Below, one piece after another: positions 1-9,443 of a stretch of 54,965 nucleotides of DNA. A program made the translations under genes and the position numbers. Under the pieces are notes generated by a model. The model had not been told where the DNA came from and searched no databases. It worked only from the letters and a program-made list of their open reading frames with translations. Source of the stretch: an uncultured virus (IMG/VR IMGVR_UViG_3300042691_036107) (lineage: Duplodnaviria; Heunggongvirae; Uroviricota; Caudoviricetes); IMG/VR virus record IMGVR_UViG_3300042691_036107; one strand, given 5' to 3'. The first letter of the stretch is position 1; the number at the start of each line of letters is the position of its first letter.

Positions 1-39
1 CTGGAGATGCGCGCGCCGCGCAACTACACCATTCGGTAG
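1..39 (+). CDS. 3' end of an upstream gene (partial, ...LEMRAPRNYTIR*)
   Basis: Open frame from base 1 to TAG at 37-39, overlapping the AGGAGG RBS of the next gene. Confidence 0.45.
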   Translation: MEMRAPRNYTIR

Positions 40-47
40 GAGGCTCC

Positions 48-758
48 GTGCCCCAGGATTACCCGACGCAGTTCGGGCGGAGCGACCTCTACCCGAACTC
101 GAACGGGACGATCCCCGCTCCGCCGCCCAATCCCGCGAACGTCCCCGTTCCGCTGTATTTCAGCGCGACGGCGACGTTTACCTGGACGTTGTTCCAGACC
201 ATCACCGAAGTCGACGTGAACGCGGCTTTCCCTCCCGGGTATGTCTTCCGCTCGACTTGGACTTCGCCGGCCTTCGACCTTCGCCCGGACATGCGTTCCG
301 GGCAGGGCGCTGCGAAGGAAGGCGCTGCGATCTGGAGTCGGTCAGCCCGGCTCTACTACACGCTCATGGCGCCCTCTACAGGCACGGGATCTCGTGCCGG
401 GTTGTCGACGCTCAACCTGAACGTGGCCGCACAGAACTTCACGGCTCCCGTGGTGAACATCACGAACATGGGCGCGCCTGCGGAAGGCATCAGCGCAGGC
501 GCTGGACTTCAGGCTACCCCACCGACCGACGTGTCTGGTCTGTTCGCGGTGCCCCCCGGTCTCGGAACAGCCGTGACCTCGGTGTTGGTCGGCTTCGCGC
601 CTCCGGGCACGACACTCGGCATGGGCGAAGGCTACCCGATCCGCTACTGGCGTCTTCAGCTCACCTTCGATCAGTTCGTTGCCACCACGACGCGTCCTGT
701 GCCTGTCACGCCTGATGTGTCTCCTACCTCCTACGCCTTCGTGGCCGCGGTGTACTAA
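48..758 (+). CDS. Putative virion structural protein (beta-rich, 236 aa)
   Basis: GTG start after AGGAGG; Thr/Pro/Gly/aromatic beta-strand pattern (YPIRYWRLQLTF); TAATG coupling to next gene. Confidence 0.65.
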   Translation: MPQDYPTQFGRSDLYPNSNGTIPAPPPNPANVPVPLYFSATATFTWTLFQTITEVDVNAAFPPGYVFRSTWTSPAFDLRPDMRSGQGAAKEGAAIWSRSARLYYTLMAPSTGTGSRAGLSTLNLNVAAQNFTAPVVNITNMGAPAEGISAGAGLQATPPTDVSGLFAVPPGLGTAVTSVLVGFAPPGTTLGMGEGYPIRYWRLQLTFDQFVATTTRPVPVTPDVSPTSYAFVAAVY

Positions 759-1264
759 TGCCGAGCATCGACGCGAACCCGGCATCCGGCGCCTCCGTCG
801 TCGCGACCGCACAGGTTCTGTACCGGCGACTCGTGATTTTCAAGGGCGTGAGCAACTTCGGTCCGAACCCCGGCGTTGTCACGAATTCGGCGACGACGAT
901 CCGGACTGAGACGACCGTGGCGGTCAACAGCCTGCGGACGGTGATGTTCCACCTGTTCCTGTTTCCGCAATACTTCCGCACGGATGTCACCTTCCTCGCG
1001 CGGAACACGCTGGCTTGGCGGCCTGTGTTCCAGATGCCGCCCGACTCGTACGCGAACGGCGGAACGGGAAGCTACGTCGATGTCGCGACGAACGACTGGC
1101 TGCCGTTCTGTGCGCCACTCTTGCTTCCTGTCGGCGTGCCTTCCATGTTCGAGGTTCCATGCGGAGGCGCCGAGCGCGTCGCGATCGAAGTCTTCGCACC
1201 CGACGACGTGCTTCCAGCAGATCAGGGCCAGGACCAGATTCTCGTTTCCATCTCTGCGTCGTGA
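758..1264 (+). CDS. Putative virion structural protein (beta-rich, 168 aa)
   Basis: Translationally coupled to previous gene; alternating hydrophobic strands. Confidence 0.6.
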   Translation: MPSIDANPASGASVVATAQVLYRRLVIFKGVSNFGPNPGVVTNSATTIRTETTVAVNSLRTVMFHLFLFPQYFRTDVTFLARNTLAWRPVFQMPPDSYANGGTGSYVDVATNDWLPFCAPLLLPVGVPSMFEVPCGGAERVAIEVFAPDDVLPADQGQDQILVSISAS

Positions 1265-1271
1265 GGCTCGC

Positions 1272-4200
1272 GTGCGTCCAGGCGATCGGATCGTTCTCCA
1301 GGGTCAGCCCGGTACGCTCCAGCGGCTGATGCCGCAGGGGATGGCTGACGTGCGCCTGGACGGGCGGACGTTCGACCAGCGATGTGCGCTCGATCGATTG
1401 CAGCCGCTCGCGAAGAGCAACCCGGCCCGCCGGAACCCTCGACCCGATCGTCTTGCCCGGCGCCCGCGCCGGGCTCGCCGTAACAGCGGCGAAGAGGTGG
1501 ACAGCGAGGGAGTGGCGGAAGCTGCAGCCGCCGCAGCCGCTGCTGAGGCCGAAAGCGACATGCGTGCGCGGCAGCAAGCCCGTGCCGCCCGTACCGCCCG
1601 TGCAGAAGCGGAAGCCGAGCGCGTCGCTGGGCAGCAGTTGGAGAAGAAGGCTGCCCACCGGATGGCGTCGTTCGACCTCGACACCGTGCGGCGGGAAGGC
1701 GCTCGCGTTCATGTTCGTCAGGATCGGCCTCGTGTCGCTGTCGACTCGACAGGACAGCTCGCCTACACCGGCAACCCAATCGACGGCGCGGCCTACTACT
1801 TGATCGTTGATGAGAGCACGAAGGACGACTGGAGCTGGGTCAAGACGCAAGACGTGTTCAACGCAGCGCAAGAAACCCGAACGCTGCCCGAGAACGCGGT
1901 GCTGTACGGGGGCGGCCGGAGTGTGGCTGTTCAGTCTAGCAAGTCGCTGCCGTCCATCCTTGGCGAGTTGGGCTTCTACGAACTCGACCGCCGACTCCAG
2001 GCGCTCGCCGAGATCTTGGTCGACGGCAAGTCGGTCGATGCAGATCAGATGATCCCGTCGGATGATACGCGTACGGGCGCGCTTCGCATGGTCAAGGCCG
2101 GTTCTACGATCGAAGTTCGTGTTCCGACGCTCGCTGTCGCAGACGCGCTTCAGGTGTTCTTCTTCGAGAAGTACCCCGAGATCGTGGAACGGGACGGCAT
2201 TCGGTTCGAGTCGAAGGCCCTGGAACCCCGTAAGACGATGCGACTGCGCTCGAAGATGGGGCAGAGCGAGGATGAAGTTCCGGTGGGGCTCAAGCCGGGC
2301 CGTCCTCGACTGCGCGAGCCGCAGGCCGGTCTCGCCTTCGCCACGATCGGCCAACGCGGCGAAGTCATCCATCACATCGCACATCGTCGTGTCTCGCCGA
2401 ACGTCGAGCGCTTGCGCGAGCTGTTCTCGCCCTACGCTTTCCGTCAGTTCCGTGTCGAGGGAGCGCTGCGTGCGACGCCGGACGAGATCCTCGAACACGG
2501 CGCGCTGACCCTGTGGCTCAGCCAACTCTCGAAGGGCGAGATCTCGCGCGAAGTCGCCGCCGACCTGATCGTGAGCGGTGCGGTCGCGATCGATCGTAAG
2601 ACGCTCATCGAGTTCGACCCGTCGTTCTCGCCGTCTCGTGGCTCTACACTGCGGGTCTGGCTCCCGACCAAGAACAGCAGCCCGTTCTTCTCCTGGGTGC
2701 CTGCGATCCTGCCTGTCGGGCGGGAAGAAGAGTCCATGCTCTCGTCGAACGATCGACGGGTCGTGGATCGTCTCGGGATGGCAGGACAGGTCCTGTATCG
2801 CGTTCAGAAGGGTCTTCGTTCGGCGAAGTACCTGATGGACCGGATGGACGATCAGGAGACGAGGCCCCGTCCGGGAGCGTCCGCGCATACGACGCTCGTC
2901 GTGTTGGCGCCGCCGACGGGACCCGGCGATGCTGTCCAGATCGGGAAGCTGCAAGTCGAGATCCCGATTGCTTCATCGCGTGAAGCAGTCGCGTCCGCAC
3001 TCGCGAAGCGCATCCGGCGAGGAGCGCGGAAGTTCCAGGTGCCGGTCACCGCAGAAGCCGAAGGGGCTGCTGTTCGCATCCAGGCGAGCCTGCCGGGCTC
3101 GGTGCACAACGGCTTCCCTGTTCGCCTGACCGGAGCTGCTGGTGGCGGGAGGTACAAGCCGCCGACGCGCTTGATGGGCGGGATCGACACCGTGGCCTCG
3201 CGAGAGGCACGCGCTCTCGCGTCAGGCCTGCTCTCGTTCGGGCGCTGGAAGAACCGTTTCGACGCCGACATGAAGAGCGGCGACCCTATCGCGGTCGTGT
3301 TGGCGGACAAGTACCTGTCTGCTGGCCTCGACCTGGAAAACGCGGACTTTTCGCTTTCGCGGGCGTACGATGAGATTGTCCGGTTGCTGCACGCTGGCGG
3401 GCTCAGCGCGGCGACCGGCTTGCGCGGTGAATCGACTTCGGACACGGACGCGTTGACAGGCACGTTCATCGAAGCCGTCGAGTCGAGCGCGCCGCCAGCG
3501 CTCAAGCCCTTGTTCCAGTGGCTCGCCAAGCTGCCCGGAGAGGAACCGGAAGAAGGCGAGGACGATACGCAGGCAGCACCAGATCTGGCTCAACTCGGTC
3601 AGTCTGCTGAACTGCTCAACCCGTTGGTGGGCGTCGCGCGCCACTTGCTCGAAAGTCGTCAGGTGCGCGAGGAGCTGTCGAAGAAGCTCGCCGGTGCGAT
3701 GATGGCTTCGACGACACACGGGCCATGGATCTGGCGAAAGCTGGCGAACCCATACCTGGACTGGGTGGAACACGAGCACCCGCCGGTCACAGAAGCCATG
3801 CGTTACGCAGCGCTGGTACAGAACGCTGTCGAAGCAGCTCAGCTCCCACGTGAGCAGAAGCGCGCTTACTCGATCGCCTGCAAGATCATCAACGAAGTGA
3901 TCCCGCATCTCGTGGCGAATCTGGGTTGGAGCATGGACGCGGCGTGCTCTTACGGGCGCGAGTTGATGATCGTCGGACTCCTTTTCGTTCGTGTCGGGGG
4001 CGAAGAGCTGGTCGGCGATCTGTTCGTCGGCGAGACGAAGATCAAGCGCACGGATGCAGGCCTGTCCGTGCGCGATGCCGTGACCGAGCTGAAGGGCAAG
4101 CTGCCCGAAGCAAAGGACATGGCGGAATATCGAGAGCAGCAGCGGGCGCTCTACGATCGCACACGTAGCGTCATGCAGTTCCGGCGAGAACAGTCCGCGC

Positions 4201-5327
4201 GAGCGCGAGAGCTGCAGGAGAGCAGCGAAACCGGACAGCGAGAAGGCGTGCTTCCTGCCCTGATCGACAGCATCAAGGACGAACAGACGCAGATGCTCGG
4301 TGGAGCGCGGGGCATCGGGGCGTCCGCGAAGCTCAGGACCTACCTCACGTACAACCCCGTCCTGTTCGATGTGACCCGCCGCTTCTTCAGCACGCGCGAG
4401 AACGAGGCGCCGTTCCACGGCATTCTGGCCTACCGACCGCTCACGCAGGCTGTCGACCTGATGGGCGTGTACGGGCACGCCGTTGCCTTGACCCAGCGTT
4501 ACGCGGCGGAGGCTGCGAGCGTCGAAGACGTGATGGGCGCGATCCTCAAGGTCGTCGGATCGCACATCAAGGAGTCGATCGACGGGCAGAACGCGATGTG
4601 GGCGCCCCGTGTCGTCATGACGGGCTGGGCAGGAAAGAAGGCCAAGATCGAGTTCCCGTTTGGTCACTTCGACCACTTCCGGCTGAATTGGGTCCTGGGG
4701 GCGTCATACCAGCAGGCTGATGCAGATCTGGCGATGTGGGTGGACAACCCGCTGGGCTACATCGCGTCGCTCAAGGAGAGCATCGAGGTTCTCGTCCCGA
4801 CAGTCTGGCGCATCGGGCACCAGGGCCTGCCGAGCAACTTCGTTCTGTCTTCCGGCGATGGCGGTGACGTGATCCTGCAGGTCATGCACGGCCAGCGAGA
4901 CCCAATCACGACGGAAGAAGAGACGCCGGCGCGCACGACGCTGCGCCGTGCGCTTGCGCTTGCTGTCCCGAGTACGGGAGAACCCGAGGCTCCGGTTCCA
5001 GGTGCGCGCCTCGCTGTGCCTCCGGCGCGCGAGCGTCAGATCTTGACGCAGTTCCAAGCCCGAACCGGCAGCCGGCCTTCGGGCGTCTACGACCGTGACA
5101 CGTTGCATCGTCTCCAGGATCGCTTGGCCCGTGGCGTGGCTCCTGGCGCCCCGCTGGGCTTCTTCGCATCCGATCAAGACGCGCAACGCTCCGGAGGCAA
5201 GGAAACGAAGCGTCGGGGAGATCTCCCTGAATCGTCTCTCGTTCTTCGGGCAGAACAACAGCTCTCCTCGGTGTCGTTGGTCGAGCGGATCAATCGGACG
5301 ATGAAGGCGCTGAAGGAGAAGGGATGA
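1272..5327 (+). CDS. Large protein (~1351 aa) with N-terminal KSNP/RRNP motifs and a C-terminal peptidoglycan-binding-like motif
   Basis: Long ORF (track 984..5327); GTG at 1272 just after previous stop; ILTQFQARTGSRPSGVYDRDTLHRL resembles PG_binding_1. Confidence 0.75.
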   Translation: MRPGDRIVLQGQPGTLQRLMPQGMADVRLDGRTFDQRCALDRLQPLAKSNPARRNPRPDRLARRPRRARRNSGEEVDSEGVAEAAAAAAAAEAESDMRARQQARAARTARAEAEAERVAGQQLEKKAAHRMASFDLDTVRREGARVHVRQDRPRVAVDSTGQLAYTGNPIDGAAYYLIVDESTKDDWSWVKTQDVFNAAQETRTLPENAVLYGGGRSVAVQSSKSLPSILGELGFYELDRRLQALAEILVDGKSVDADQMIPSDDTRTGALRMVKAGSTIEVRVPTLAVADALQVFFFEKYPEIVERDGIRFESKALEPRKTMRLRSKMGQSEDEVPVGLKPGRPRLREPQAGLAFATIGQRGEVIHHIAHRRVSPNVERLRELFSPYAFRQFRVEGALRATPDEILEHGALTLWLSQLSKGEISREVAADLIVSGAVAIDRKTLIEFDPSFSPSRGSTLRVWLPTKNSSPFFSWVPAILPVGREEESMLSSNDRRVVDRLGMAGQVLYRVQKGLRSAKYLMDRMDDQETRPRPGASAHTTLVVLAPPTGPGDAVQIGKLQVEIPIASSREAVASALAKRIRRGARKFQVPVTAEAEGAAVRIQASLPGSVHNGFPVRLTGAAGGGRYKPPTRLMGGIDTVASREARALASGLLSFGRWKNRFDADMKSGDPIAVVLADKYLSAGLDLENADFSLSRAYDEIVRLLHAGGLSAATGLRGESTSDTDALTGTFIEAVESSAPPALKPLFQWLAKLPGEEPEEGEDDTQAAPDLAQLGQSAELLNPLVGVARHLLESRQVREELSKKLAGAMMASTTHGPWIWRKLANPYLDWVEHEHPPVTEAMRYAALVQNAVEAAQLPREQKRAYSIACKIINEVIPHLVANLGWSMDAACSYGRELMIVGLLFVRVGGEELVGDLFVGETKIKRTDAGLSVRDAVTELKGKLPEAKDMAEYREQQRALYDRTRSVMQFRREQSARARELQESSETGQREGVLPALIDSIKDEQTQMLGGARGIGASAKLRTYLTYNPVLFDVTRRFFSTRENEAPFHGILAYRPLTQAVDLMGVYGHAVALTQRYAAEAASVEDVMGAILKVVGSHIKESIDGQNAMWAPRVVMTGWAGKKAKIEFPFGHFDHFRLNWVLGASYQQADADLAMWVDNPLGYIASLKESIEVLVPTVWRIGHQGLPSNFVLSSGDGGDVILQVMHGQRDPITTEEETPARTTLRRALALAVPSTGEPEAPVPGARLAVPPARERQILTQFQARTGSRPSGVYDRDTLHRLQDRLARGVAPGAPLGFFASDQDAQRSGGKETKRRGDLPESSLVLRAEQQLSSVSLVERINRTMKALKEKG

Positions 5328-5848
5328 CAGGCGCGATCGGCGCGTGGCTCGCGAACAAGGCCACGACCAGCACCATGATTCTGGCCGCGCAGAAGGGCTT
5401 CCCGGCGCTCGGTCGGGAAGTCTACCTGCAGCTACCGCCTGACATGGTGCGAGGGCCTTCGACGGTTCTGCAGGCCTATGAACAAGCCATCTACTTCTTG
5501 GCTGTCGCTGTCCGCCGAGCTGATGCGACCAACGAGGCTGCGGGCGACCCTCTTCTGCTTTCGTTGGAGCAGTTCATCGCGGAAGCAGACACCACGAGTG
5601 AAGGGGCGGGTGTCGTGTGCCGCACCACAGGGTTCTTCTGCCCTGGCGGGTCCGCAGGGGTGCTTCAGCGCACCATCGACGCCATCGAAGCCTCGAAGCT
5701 CAACGTGGACGATCGGGCGCGGATCGTGGCGATCTTGAAGGCGAACCGACGCGCCGTCATGGTTCGGCAAGCCATCCCGTACGCAACGGTGGCAGGACTT
5801 GCCGTTGTCGGACTGCTCTGGTTCCGCGGACGACGCCGGCAGACGTAG
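5324..5848 (+). CDS. Protein with C-terminal transmembrane anchor
   Basis: ATGA overlap; ends YATVAGLAVVGLLWFRGRRRQT. Confidence 0.75.
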   Translation: MTGAIGAWLANKATTSTMILAAQKGFPALGREVYLQLPPDMVRGPSTVLQAYEQAIYFLAVAVRRADATNEAAGDPLLLSLEQFIAEADTTSEGAGVVCRTTGFFCPGGSAGVLQRTIDAIEASKLNVDDRARIVAILKANRRAVMVRQAIPYATVAGLAVVGLLWFRGRRRQT

Positions 5849-5918
5849 CACTTGGATTCGCTCGCGCATCGACTGTTGCGAGGTCGTGCGTGGTACATCA
5901 GCCCTATCGGAGAATGCC

Positions 5919-6605
5919 ATGTTCCACACCGCTCAGCAGTTCGTCGCGCATCCCAACCCCACCAAGCTCGGTGTCGGTCGCATCGCGCTGACGAAGAAGG
6001 CCAAGAAGAAGAAGGCCAAGGATTACGCGAAGCACTACGCGCAGAAGTGCAAGAAGCTCAAGGCCAAGGGTGCGGCGCAGCATCGGATCACTGCAGCGTG
6101 CAAGCGAGCGGCTGAGTGGGAGAAGAAGCACAAGGAGCGGTCGAAGAAGGCGGGAAAGGCCGCGAAGCACAGCCTCATCAAGCAAGTCCACAAGGTCAAC
6201 GCCTCCATCTCGGATGTGGCTCGGCGCAAGAAGATTGCGGCGGCGATGAAGGCCAAGACCTTGCTGATGCTGAAGAAGGCGAACATCCCGACCGCCGAAG
6301 TCGACGCGCTTCCGTACACGGGTGTCCTCAGTGCGCTCTCAGCCGCAGATCAGGCTGTCGTCGATCAAGCGATCACGGCGATCGACTCCGAAGTCGCCGC
6401 AGCGACGGTGACGCCGGCCGAAGAGGCTGTCGAAGTCGCCGAGGTCACTACCGATCCGGTCGCGGCCGAAGTCGAAGTCGAGATCGAGGCCGCCGACGCT
6501 GTGGGCGACGATGAAGGCGGCCACGGCCGCAAGAAGAAGCTCGTGCTTGCTGTCGGAGCTGCCGCTGCTCTCGGCGCCGTCATCTGGTACTTCCGCCGCC
6601 GGTAA
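5919..6605 (+). CDS. Lys-rich protein with acidic linker and C-terminal TM anchor
   Basis: ATG 5919 after GGAG; HPNP motif, poly-Lys N-half, Glu/Ala-rich linker, LVLAVGAAAALGAVIWYFRRR. Confidence 0.8.
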   Translation: MFHTAQQFVAHPNPTKLGVGRIALTKKAKKKKAKDYAKHYAQKCKKLKAKGAAQHRITAACKRAAEWEKKHKERSKKAGKAAKHSLIKQVHKVNASISDVARRKKIAAAMKAKTLLMLKKANIPTAEVDALPYTGVLSALSAADQAVVDQAITAIDSEVAAATVTPAEEAVEVAEVTTDPVAAEVEVEIEAADAVGDDEGGHGRKKKLVLAVGAAAALGAVIWYFRRR

Positions 6606-6617
6606 GAGGAACACCCC

Positions 6618-7187
6618 ATGCCCGTCTTCATCCCGTCCGTCCCCAATCCGGCCTACGTTTCTCGCGTCGATGTCGCCCACCGGCGGCATCATGCGCGCCC
6701 GAACCCGTTCCTCGGAATCCGCATCGGTTCGGAATCCAGGTACGAAGGCGCCATCGCGAAGGAACAGAAGTACAAGACGGAATACTCGAAGTGTAAGGCC
6801 AAGTGGTCCGCCAAGGATCCGAGCAAGTTGGAAAAGAAGTGCGCCGGCGAGAAGCGGCGCTGGGACAAGTGGGCGGCCAAGCGCAAGGAGCGCGCGACCA
6901 AGGTCAAGGACAAGCTCAAGCGGAAGGGCAAGCTTTCGCCGGAGCTGGACGCCGAGCTGACGCGTGCCGCGACGACGACCGACATCCAGAAGCCGGTTCT
7001 CTCTCGTCCAGCGCAGGAAGCACTCGCTGTGGCTGACGCCGAAGTCACGGCAGAAGACGTGGCGCTCGGCATCGACGACTTCGAGGAGGAGGAAGAGTCC
7101 TCTTCTGTGCTCCCGATCGTGGCTGTCGTCGGTGGTCTCGTCGCGCTCGGCGGCTTCGCCTGGTACATGAGCCGGCGTAAGGCGTGA
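6618..7187 (+). CDS. Lys-rich protein with acidic linker and C-terminal TM anchor (paralog of previous)
   Basis: AGAGGA RBS; RPNP motif; same basic/acidic/TM architecture, ends GFAWYMSRRKA. Confidence 0.8.
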   Translation: MPVFIPSVPNPAYVSRVDVAHRRHHARPNPFLGIRIGSESRYEGAIAKEQKYKTEYSKCKAKWSAKDPSKLEKKCAGEKRRWDKWAAKRKERATKVKDKLKRKGKLSPELDAELTRAATTTDIQKPVLSRPAQEALAVADAEVTAEDVALGIDDFEEEEESSSVLPIVAVVGGLVALGGFAWYMSRRKA

Positions 7188-7212
7188 TAGCAGGGGTTCC
7201 GGGAGGAACCTC

Positions 7213-7575
7213 ATGACCGACGAAGAACTGATCGTGCGCTTCAGCACGACGATGACGACGCTATTTCGGGACATGCTCGAAACGGCGATGGACGGCCACC
7301 CCGCGCAGGCCCTGCTGCTGCCTGCTCCGGTAGAGGTGCTCGTCGCGAGCGCGGAGCCGACCTTGCAATCGCTCGCCGAGCTGATGGTTCGCGGTGTAGA
7401 TTCCGCGTTCTACAAGGTCCGGCGCGAGAAGATGCGAGGGCTCGCCGGCAAGCCCGAGTTCGCGACGTTCCTTGCGGCGATCCAGGCGCAGTACCAGAAC
7501 GCGATGACCCCGCCCGGTTTCCCGAGCGGGGTCATGCCGCCTTGGCCCTTGGCGGAAGAGGAAGAAGACGCCTAG
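7213..7575 (+). CDS. Hypothetical protein
   Basis: GGAGG RBS, ATG, plausible globular sequence. Confidence 0.7.
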   Translation: MTDEELIVRFSTTMTTLFRDMLETAMDGHPAQALLLPAPVEVLVASAEPTLQSLAELMVRGVDSAFYKVRREKMRGLAGKPEFATFLAAIQAQYQNAMTPPGFPSGVMPPWPLAEEEEDA

Positions 7576-9443
7576 CGGTTCTTCTTCGCCTTGCCGTTCT
7601 TGCGGGCCTTGGACTTCGGGTTGCGGCGGTTCACCGGCTGCATCCCCTGAGCCCATTCGGTCCCGAACGTCGAGAACTGACCGGGCGCCTGGCCATGGTA
7701 CATCTCGCCGCCACGGCCGATGCCGCCTTCGATGTTCCACGACTTGCTGCCGGCCACGTCACGCTCGTATCCCGTGTTCTTGCGGGAGACGGCCGACTTC
7801 TTGAGGAAGCGAGCGCGCTTACGTCCGTTCACCATCTCGACCACGTAGGGCTGGCCGTTCTTCGTGAACTTCACGTCGGGGTTCATCCGGCCGTAGGGGC
7901 CGGGAACGAGCGTCGAACGGCGCTCGGTGCCGCTCTCGTACTCGTAGCGGGACTCGACCAGCGAGGGCCGGGTCTCAGCCTGCATCGGCAGGTAGAGGCG
8001 CCCGTGCCACGGGTTCTTCTTCGCGGCCGTCTTCTTCAGCGCCGCCTTCTTGCGAGGGTTCGGCGCCGCGGTCTTGACCATGGCCCAGGCCTGCTTCAGC
8101 GTGGGTGCCTGGCCGCTGTGGTACAGCTTCATGGCCTGCTTGGCCATCGCCTGCTGGCGGCTGGGGTTGCGGCGCGCGGTCGGGACAGCCTGCTTGGCGC
8201 CGAACTGCCCCTTGCGGTACTGCTCGAACCAGTACGCCTCGTCGTCGTTGTAGGACATGGGATTCTCCTTGAGTTCATGAGTCGTGGCGACGGGCGCCGT
8301 CTGAGCACTGGCCCAGAGCCGCTTCGTGTTGTCTGCCAGCTCGCCCCACGCGGCCGCGCGAGAAGCGGTTGTCTCAACGATTCGGCCCTTCGTGTCACTC
8401 CACCAATAGACGTACCCAGGGCGACCAGGCACAGGCAGGTTGTGGAGCTTCTTCAGCTCTGCAACGCTGACTTGCGCGTCGGCGACTTGGGGGATGGATG
8501 GGTTGCGACGGATGGGGGCCTCACGACGAGCACGAACGCGGCCGGTCAGACGAGCAACAACACGAGGGAGCTGCTGTAGAGGTACATTCTTCAACGATCT
8601 GTACTCGATGCGAAGGGGGGAGTCGCCTTCCGGCCTCAACTTCGAGTGCTCTCCAAGAACAGCACGAACCGTACGCCCGTCTTGAAGCGCGATCTTCAGG
8701 ACCAGTCGGGTGTCCTTCGGTGCTTCTCGCACGCCCGCGATCGCTTCGACTGCGCGCTGAACACGTGCGAAGAGGCCGTCGATGGTGTTCGGCGCTGAAC
8801 GAGACGGCCAGATCTGACGAGGCGGGAGTTGCTGTCCTCCTGCTGTCACTTCGAGATCAACGTGAAGCACTTCGTTCACGGACAGGAGCTGGCCCCCGAC
8901 CGCCTGCTCGAATCGCTCACGCACTGTCGGGGCTGCGGCACTTGACAGGAACAGTCGGTCTCCAGCGCGCGCCACGAGAAGCTGCGCGGCAGGCCGAGGC
9001 ATCCCCATCTTGACCAGCACCCCTTCATCCTTCGGGACGAGAAATCCGCGCACAGGCGTACGCCCTTGCGCGAGCCAGGCCCTGTACGTCTGGATGGCCT
9101 TCTCGATCTCGACCGTCAGCTCGTCTTCAGACAGCCAGCGAGAGACCATGGACTCGCGAACGGCAGGCGCCTGCGTCCGAGCCTCCCACGGAGCGCTATC
9201 CGTCGCGAGACGTTGTTTGGTGCTCGGAGAGACAGGCTCGATCTTGCCGTAGCGCGCCCCCTGACGCCCACTCGCGATCATGACGTGTTCGGGGCGCTTG
9301 CACCCGAGACGACGCCCTTCAGGGGTTGTCGGTCCGATCTGCTGGCAAAGTGCGACCTTCGCGTCGTACTCCAACTGCGAATCAACGTCGTAGCTCGGCG
9401 AAAAGGTGTCCTTCGCCGTGTAGACCTGACGGCGGTCAGCCAC
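7572..9443 (-). CDS. Basic protein with multiple [KR]xNP motifs (putative core/polyprotein)
   Basis: Track ORF 7572..9476; GTG at 9443 overlaps upstream stop; RRNP x3, KENP, APNP, KKNP, RMNP. Confidence 0.75.
   Translation of the reverse strand: MADRRQVYTAKDTFSPSYDVDSQLEYDAKVALCQQIGPTTPEGRRLGCKRPEHVMIASGRQGARYGKIEPVSPSTKQRLATDSAPWEARTQAPAVRESMVSRWLSEDELTVEIEKAIQTYRAWLAQGRTPVRGFLVPKDEGVLVKMGMPRPAAQLLVARAGDRLFLSSAAAPTVRERFEQAVGGQLLSVNEVLHVDLEVTAGGQQLPPRQIWPSRSAPNTIDGLFARVQRAVEAIAGVREAPKDTRLVLKIALQDGRTVRAVLGEHSKLRPEGDSPLRIEYRSLKNVPLQQLPRVVARLTGRVRARREAPIRRNPSIPQVADAQVSVAELKKLHNLPVPGRPGYVYWWSDTKGRIVETTASRAAAWGELADNTKRLWASAQTAPVATTHELKENPMSYNDDEAYWFEQYRKGQFGAKQAVPTARRNPSRQQAMAKQAMKLYHSGQAPTLKQAWAMVKTAAPNPRKKAALKKTAAKKNPWHGRLYLPMQAETRPSLVESRYEYESGTERRSTLVPGPYGRMNPDVKFTKNGQPYVVEMVNGRKRARFLKKSAVSRKNTGYERDVAGSKSWNIEGGIGRGGEMYHGQAPGQFSTFGTEWAQGMQPVNRRNPKSKARKNGKAKKNR

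Noticed and set aside
987..4676. Long minus-strand ORFs (655, 484 aa) opposite the giant gene
   Set aside because: Antisense shadows typical of high-GC coding DNA; no motifs or RBS.
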